64,000 nt of DNA, taken from positions 3,385-67,384 of the forward strand of contig JADHVD010000005.1 in assembly GCA_016784165.1 (NCBI GenBank), in the 5' to 3' direction. Within the stretch, counting starts at the first letter, position 1. Every line of letters begins with the position of its first letter. This DNA comes from Candidatus Woesearchaeota archaeon (lineage in GTDB: Archaea; Nanobdellota; Nanobdellia; Woesearchaeales; BS150m-G63). The notes below the pieces were generated by a model that was not told the origin of the DNA, made no database searches, and was given only the letters and a program-made list of their open reading frames with translations. Shown here in pieces: positions 59,936 through 64,000 of the stretch. The position numbers and the translations under genes were made by a program.

Positions 59936-61024
59936 CTAATTAAATTTCACAAAATTCAATTTATGAACTTGTTTTCTTGCTTTCTCTAGTTTTTTCTCAA
60001 AATCTTTCATGAATTCAGTCATCTTATCTACAGCAATCTGTTTAATTTCTCCAGAGGTCATTTTTCCAGATTTATAATCTTTGTAAATTTTATCCAGCTC
60101 TTTATCATCTTCAACTAAGTGTTGTTTCAATAACTCAAATACCATACATTTCTCAACTTCAGCACCTAATTTACGATGTTCCTCTAAAGTATCTCTTCCT
60201 CCTGTTACTGCCCTCATTATTTTTTTCTTTACAGAATTAATATCTTCAGGTATTGTAATACAAGACTCTGGATGAGATTTAGACATTTTAATTTTTCCCC
60301 TAAGAGAAGGAGTATATTTATGATAAAGGGAACTAGGCAAAAAGTACTTTTCTTTTTTCATCCTATTAACAACATCCCTTGACAATCTTATATGTGGCTC
60401 TTGATCAACTCCAACAGGAATTATTCCAGGCATTCTTTCTTTAAATTGGGGATAAAGCACATCGCCAATCTGAGTTACAGCACCCATTATTCTTCCAGGG
60501 TCTGCACTACCATAAACTGCATTAAATTCATTCAAAGTTATTTTTTGTGCAGCTTGATAAGCAAAATGGATCACATCTTTATTTTCTGACTGAAAATAGA
60601 ATATAGTTTTCTTAGGATCTAATCCTAACGCAATATAAGCAGGAATATGAAAATTCATAGCTCTTTTTCTCCCTTCTTCAAGTGAAACCCCTCGAGCAGC
60701 TTGTGCTTCTAAATCAGCAACCAAAATAATTGTTATCGCACCATGTTCTTGAAAATACTTCAAATTCTCAACAACCATTTTATTCCCTAAATGAATTTGA
60801 TTATTAGTAGGCATTATTCCACTTAAAGCGTAAAAAGGTTTTTTCTCTTTAATACATTTAGATATAATTTGTAAATCCCTTCCAGCAAAAACAACCTTTC
60901 TCCTCATCAACTTATTTGGCTCTGGAAATAGTTCTAACTTAAACTCTTCTAATCCAAAATCTTTGATTACTTTGGAATAATCCTCTACCAATTCACTCCC
61001 ATAAGGGTCAATTATCTTTACCAT
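59936..61024 (-). CDS. trpS: Tryptophanyl-tRNA synthetase, archaeal/eukaryotic type
   Basis: The N-terminus IIDPYGSELVEDYSKVIKDFG is typical of archaeal TrpRS. HIGH-like QIHLGN and KMSKS are present. Confidence 0.8.
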   Translation of the reverse strand: MVKIIDPYGSELVEDYSKVIKDFGLEEFKLELFPEPNKLMRRKVVFAGRDLQIISKCIKEKKPFYALSGIMPTNNQIHLGNKMVVENLKYFQEHGAITIILVADLEAQAARGVSLEEGRKRAMNFHIPAYIALGLDPKKTIFYFQSENKDVIHFAYQAAQKITLNEFNAVYGSADPGRIMGAVTQIGDVLYPQFKERMPGIIPVGVDQEPHIRLSRDVVNRMKKEKYFLPSSLYHKYTPSLRGKIKMSKSHPESCITIPEDINSVKKKIMRAVTGGRDTLEEHRKLGAEVEKCMVFELLKQHLVEDDKELDKIYKDYKSGKMTSGEIKQIAVDKMTEFMKDFEKKLEKARKQVHKLNFVKFN

Positions 61025-61194
61025 AACATCACAACACTCAAACGAGTTTTATAAAACTTTCTTTTTAAGGTTATATTGAAAAAGATAAAAGATTCTTGGA
61101 TTTAACTATAAGACAGGTAAAAGATATTAGCTAATTTCTTTTTACATTCAAAATCACAGATTATATAAATAATAAAAACCTTCAAAATACTATA

Positions 61195-61506
61195 ATGGCA
61201 AAATTCAAACAAAAATGCATAAGATGTAGAAAGAATTACGTATTAATCAGTTGGAAACAAAAATTTCCAGTATGTTATGACTGTCAAAAAAAGGAACTTG
61301 AAGGTGAGATAAAAGATCCTAAAATGAAAAAGTTCTTTAAAATTCCAGAAGAATTATACAAACAAAATCTATTTCTCAGATCTATAAAAATCAACTATCT
61401 TCGTTATGGAAAACTCAGTGAAAAACAAATTGAAGCTTTCAAAAAAGCAGTAAAAGATATTAAGGAAAGAAATAAAAAAGAAAAGGAAAATTTAAAGGAG
61501 GAATAA
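61195..61506 (+). CDS. Small zinc-ribbon protein with a basic helical tail
   Basis: CIRC-x17-CYDC. Confidence 0.45.
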   Translation: MAKFKQKCIRCRKNYVLISWKQKFPVCYDCQKKELEGEIKDPKMKKFFKIPEELYKQNLFLRSIKINYLRYGKLSEKQIEAFKKAVKDIKERNKKEKENLKEE

Positions 61507-61507
61507 A

Positions 61508-61708
61508 ATGTGTATGAAAAAATTAATAAAAAGATTTAGAAAATTGCCAACACCACTTTTGATTATGTTAGTAAATGGAAAAGCAATTATTTCTTTAGGA
61601 ATTGGAGTGTTATTAGCAACTTACCTAATTAATTGGGTTTGGGGAATAATAATCTTAGGAGTAATTTTAATGATTCCTGGTGGAAATAAAGTTTTAACAG
61701 GAAAATAA
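61508..61708 (+). CDS. Small membrane protein
   Basis: Two TM helices, 1-nt gap from the upstream gene. Confidence 0.35.
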   Translation: MCMKKLIKRFRKLPTPLLIMLVNGKAIISLGIGVLLATYLINWVWGIIILGVILMIPGGNKVLTGK

Positions 61709-61724
61709 ATTTTTTATTTTCCTT

Positions 61725-61946
61725 TTATTTTTCTTCAACTATTTTAATACAATCAACAGGACAGCTGTCTACAGCATCTTGATTACAACCAATTTCATCA
61801 AATTCTGTTTCTATCTCTTTTGCTTTATCGCCTTCCATAACCCAATTATCACAGACAGCAGCGCAAGCACCGCACCCTATACATTCTTCAATATCATGAA
61901 CTATTTTATATTTAGCCATATTGATTACCTCATTTCTTTCCTTCAA
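61725..61946 (-). CDS. Small 4Fe-4S ferredoxin
   Basis: CIGCGACAAVC ... C ... CPVDC. The likely start is ATG 61919 after GAGGT. Confidence 0.8.
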   Translation of the reverse strand: MKERNEVINMAKYKIVHDIEECIGCGACAAVCDNWVMEGDKAKEIETEFDEIGCNQDAVDSCPVDCIKIVEEK

Positions 61947-62160
61947 CAGCTTTATTCATCTTATCTAACATCTCTTTAACTTTCTCATCATTTAATCCGT
62001 GAGCTTTTGCCCCTTCTTCTACGCTTTCCCAAGCAGCAACATGGCACCCTATACAATGCAAACCATATTCAGCCATAATCTCTGCACTTTCAGGATGTTT
62101 AGTAATTACTTCTCCCAAAGTCATATCTTTTGTTATTTTAGCTGTTTTTGTTTTTGTCAT
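61930..62160 (-). CDS. DUF1858-type small redox protein (hybrid-cluster-protein-associated disulfide domain)
   Basis: ITKDMTLGEVITKHPESAEIMAEYGLHCIGCHVA. Confidence 0.7.
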   Translation of the reverse strand: MTKTKTAKITKDMTLGEVITKHPESAEIMAEYGLHCIGCHVAAWESVEEGAKAHGLNDEKVKEMLDKMNKAVEGKK

Positions 62161-62192
62161 GTTTCATCAACCCATTAAAGGGTATATAAAAT

Positions 62193-62576
62193 TTACGTTT
62201 TAGATTTCTCTTTATAGTCTTTAATCGCTGCATGCAATGCTTCTATTGCTAAAATAGAACAATGCACTTTTATTGGTGGAAGTCCTTCAAGAATATCTAC
62301 CACATTATCTTTTGTTAGTTTTTCAATAACATTCACTTCTTTTCCCTTTACTAATTCTGTAACAGCAGAACTAGTAGCTATCGCAGCAACACATCCAAAT
62401 GTTTTAAACTTAACATCTTTAATCAATTCTTTCCCTTCTTTTTTCTCAACTTTAATGTAAAGCCACATCACATCTCCACATCTGGGATTCCCTACTTTTC
62501 CAATTCCATCAGCATCCTTCATCTCACCTACATTTCGCGGATTATTGAAGTGCTCCATTACTTTTTTTGAATACAT
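62193..62576 (-). CDS. iscU: IscU/NifU-like Fe-S cluster scaffold
   Basis: HFNNPRNVGEM...GNPRCGDVM...FGCVAAIA...HCS, the three conserved Cys. Confidence 0.9.
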   Translation of the reverse strand: MYSKKVMEHFNNPRNVGEMKDADGIGKVGNPRCGDVMWLYIKVEKKEGKELIKDVKFKTFGCVAAIATSSAVTELVKGKEVNVIEKLTKDNVVDILEGLPPIKVHCSILAIEALHAAIKDYKEKSKT

Positions 62577-62612
62577 TTTAAAATAAACTTACCCTCCTTT
62601 ATTTTTTAATTC
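62557..62612. repeat. 56-nt direct repeat, copy A (functional iscU start plus a decayed iscS 3-prime end)
   Basis: 49 of 56 nt identical to 63500-63555. Confidence 0.85.
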
Positions 62613-62711
62613 TATTTCAACTGCTTTTATTCCAAATTTTTTTATTTTTCACAAGAGACTTAACTAACAAAACTGGGTTTCTCCCATAAAAATCTAACTC
62701 AATGAATTTTT

Positions 62712-63380
62712 TCATTTCAATTTTTTCTGATTCCGAATTCTTTTCACGACTCCAATAGCCCCTAATGCTGCACTTCCAATCAATGCAGTCCCCAAAACTG
62801 TTCCGGCATTGTACTCGAAAACGTCTGGCAAAGGACCTGCATGATTTCTATAAATTTCCAATCCTAAATACGATAATGCCGTCGCTGTCTGAATTCCTGT
62901 TTTAATCTTTCCAAACCTATTAGCCCTAATTGCGGATTTTCTTTCTTTATCAGTTTTACAATTTTCTGGATAAACAACTGCATTATAGCCTTCCTCAAAT
63001 TGCTTAGTTATACCACCACGAGATTTTTGCGAAATATAATCTACAATAAAATTCGCCCCCATGGTTATCGGCAGAAAATAATTTCCAATTACTATTTCAT
63101 TAACAGCCACATAACCCCCAATTATACCATTCTTAACCTTGTCAACTAGAGGATCTAATTTAGCACCTTCAATCGTTTGCATCTCCCACCTTCTAGCAAC
63201 ATAACCATCAACAGCATCGAGAAGATAACCTCCTCCAATCATTCCAATTCCCACTAAATCAGTATACTTGCTCTGCATCAACCCAATCCCTACAGCACTC
63301 AACACAACTGAACTAGCAGTAATTCGATTAGGGTGGCATGCTTGTTTCACTCTGTCTACAAGTTTATTTTCCATTTTCAA
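62712..63380 (-). CDS. CDP-alcohol phosphatidyltransferase family protein
   Basis: DAVDGYVARRWEMQTIEGAKLDPLVDK fits D-G-x2-A-R-x8-G-x3-D-x3-D. Confidence 0.8.
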   Translation of the reverse strand: MKMENKLVDRVKQACHPNRITASSVVLSAVGIGLMQSKYTDLVGIGMIGGGYLLDAVDGYVARRWEMQTIEGAKLDPLVDKVKNGIIGGYVAVNEIVIGNYFLPITMGANFIVDYISQKSRGGITKQFEEGYNAVVYPENCKTDKERKSAIRANRFGKIKTGIQTATALSYLGLEIYRNHAGPLPDVFEYNAGTVLGTALIGSAALGAIGVVKRIRNQKKLK

Positions 63381-63391
63381 TTTCTCACCAA

Positions 63392-63439
63392 TTCTCCCAA
63401 AGCCATATCTTTTATTATTTTAGCTGTTTTTGTTTTTGT
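63392..63439. repeat. Copy of the 5-prime end of the DUF1858 gene (62110-62157)
   Basis: 48 nt with 2 mismatches, same orientation, and lacking the ATG. Confidence 0.8.
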
Positions 63440-63486
63440 TGTTTTGTTTTGCAATCTGTTCTGCTTTTTTTAATAATGATTTTCCT
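63428..63486. repeat. Inverted copy of elp3 coding sequence 37005-37063
   Basis: A 59-nt exact reverse-complement match by eye (AGGAAAATCATTATTAAAAAAAGCAGAACAGATTGCAAAACAAAACAACAAAAACAAAA). Confidence 0.8.
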
Positions 63487-63499
63487 TTTCTCAAACTAA

Positions 63500-63555
63500 C
63501 ATTACTTTTTTTGAATACATTTTAAAGTGGACTTATCCTCCTTGATTTTTTGATT
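63500..63555. repeat. 56-nt direct repeat, copy B (functional iscS 3-prime end plus a decayed iscU start)
   Basis: See 62557-62612. The remnant reads MYSKKVM then stops. Confidence 0.85.
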
Positions 63556-64000
63556 ATGTCTGGCAAAACCTTGAGAATGTATTCAATCTCTTCTTCTGTT
63601 GTAAATTTACTTAAAGTCATTCTTATAGATCCGTGTGCATCTTCATGTTTCATCCCCATTGCAATCAAAACATGGCTTGGTTCAAGTGAAGCAGAAGCAC
63701 ATGCAGAACCAGTTGAGGTTGCAACTCCTTTCATACTCAAATAAGTGCTTATAGTTTCACCTTCCAAACCTAAGTAAGAAAAATTAACATTATTACACAA
63801 CCTATTCTCTCTCGGACCATTTAATTTCACTCTTTCTATACTATCAAAAACCCCTTCAATCAATTTATCTCTCAATTCAGTAACATGTTTAACATTAGAA
63901 TCTTTCATCTGTTTAACTGCTTCAGCAAAACCAATAGCCCCAGCAACATTTTCAGTTCCAGGACGTAAATTAAACTCGTGCTTTCCACCATACATTAATT
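63522..64000 (-). CDS. iscS: Cysteine desulfurase IscS/NifS, C-terminal part; the gene runs off the right edge
   Basis: RPGTENVAGAIGF and the active-site loop ATSTGSACAS. The frame is open to the window end. Confidence 0.85.
   Translation of the reverse strand, partial: LMYGGKHEFNLRPGTENVAGAIGFAEAVKQMKDSNVKHVTELRDKLIEGVFDSIERVKLNGPRENRLCNNVNFSYLGLEGETISTYLSMKGVATSTGSACASASLEPSHVLIAMGMKHEDAHGSIRMTLSKFTTEEEIEYILKVLPDIIKKSRRISPL

Overview
AT-rich, gene-dense archaeal chromosome segment. Archaeal markers include archaeal-type AlaRS and TrpRS, Kae1, Elp3, Dph2 and Dph5, uS15, XPD, ATP-dependent DNA ligase, FtsZ, an intron-containing tRNA-Gln, class III signal-peptide pilins and TATA-like promoter boxes. 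The composition and streamlined gene set fit a DPANN-like archaeon, but that is inference only. Housekeeping genes are interleaved with accessory content. (1) A complete type IV pilus-like cluster lies at 9.5-19.7 kb: secretion ATPase, split TadB/TadC-like platform, KaiC/ArlH-like ATPase, six minor-pilin-like genes, and three divergently transcribed tandem pilin paralogs, two of which share a 117-nt identical block. (2) A second pilin/adhesin cassette lies at 49.0-51.6 kb. It carries pilins with C-terminal add-on modules (a Cys-rich tail and a LamG-like domain) plus a Cys-rich secreted protein, and was created by a segmental duplication that left a methyltransferase gene fragment. (3) Several rearrangement scars are directly visible: a gene inserted between iscS and iscU flanked by 56-nt direct repeats with patchwork filler DNA that includes an inverted 59-nt copy of elp3 coding sequence, and a duplicated 3-prime end of the phosphomannomutase gene beside a triple excisionase-type HTH gene. 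(4) Unusual architectures include a DNA ligase with a zinc-ribbon insertion, an APC permease fused to a methyltransferase, an RHH domain fused to a sugar nucleotidyltransferase, tandem HIT proteins lacking the central histidine, and a short Dph2. Candidate accessory modules are PIN-PhoH, an AbiEii-like nucleotidyltransferase and a HerA-like ATPase. No rRNA, CRISPR array, transposase or integrase was recognised. All family assignments come from motif recognition by eye, without database searches.
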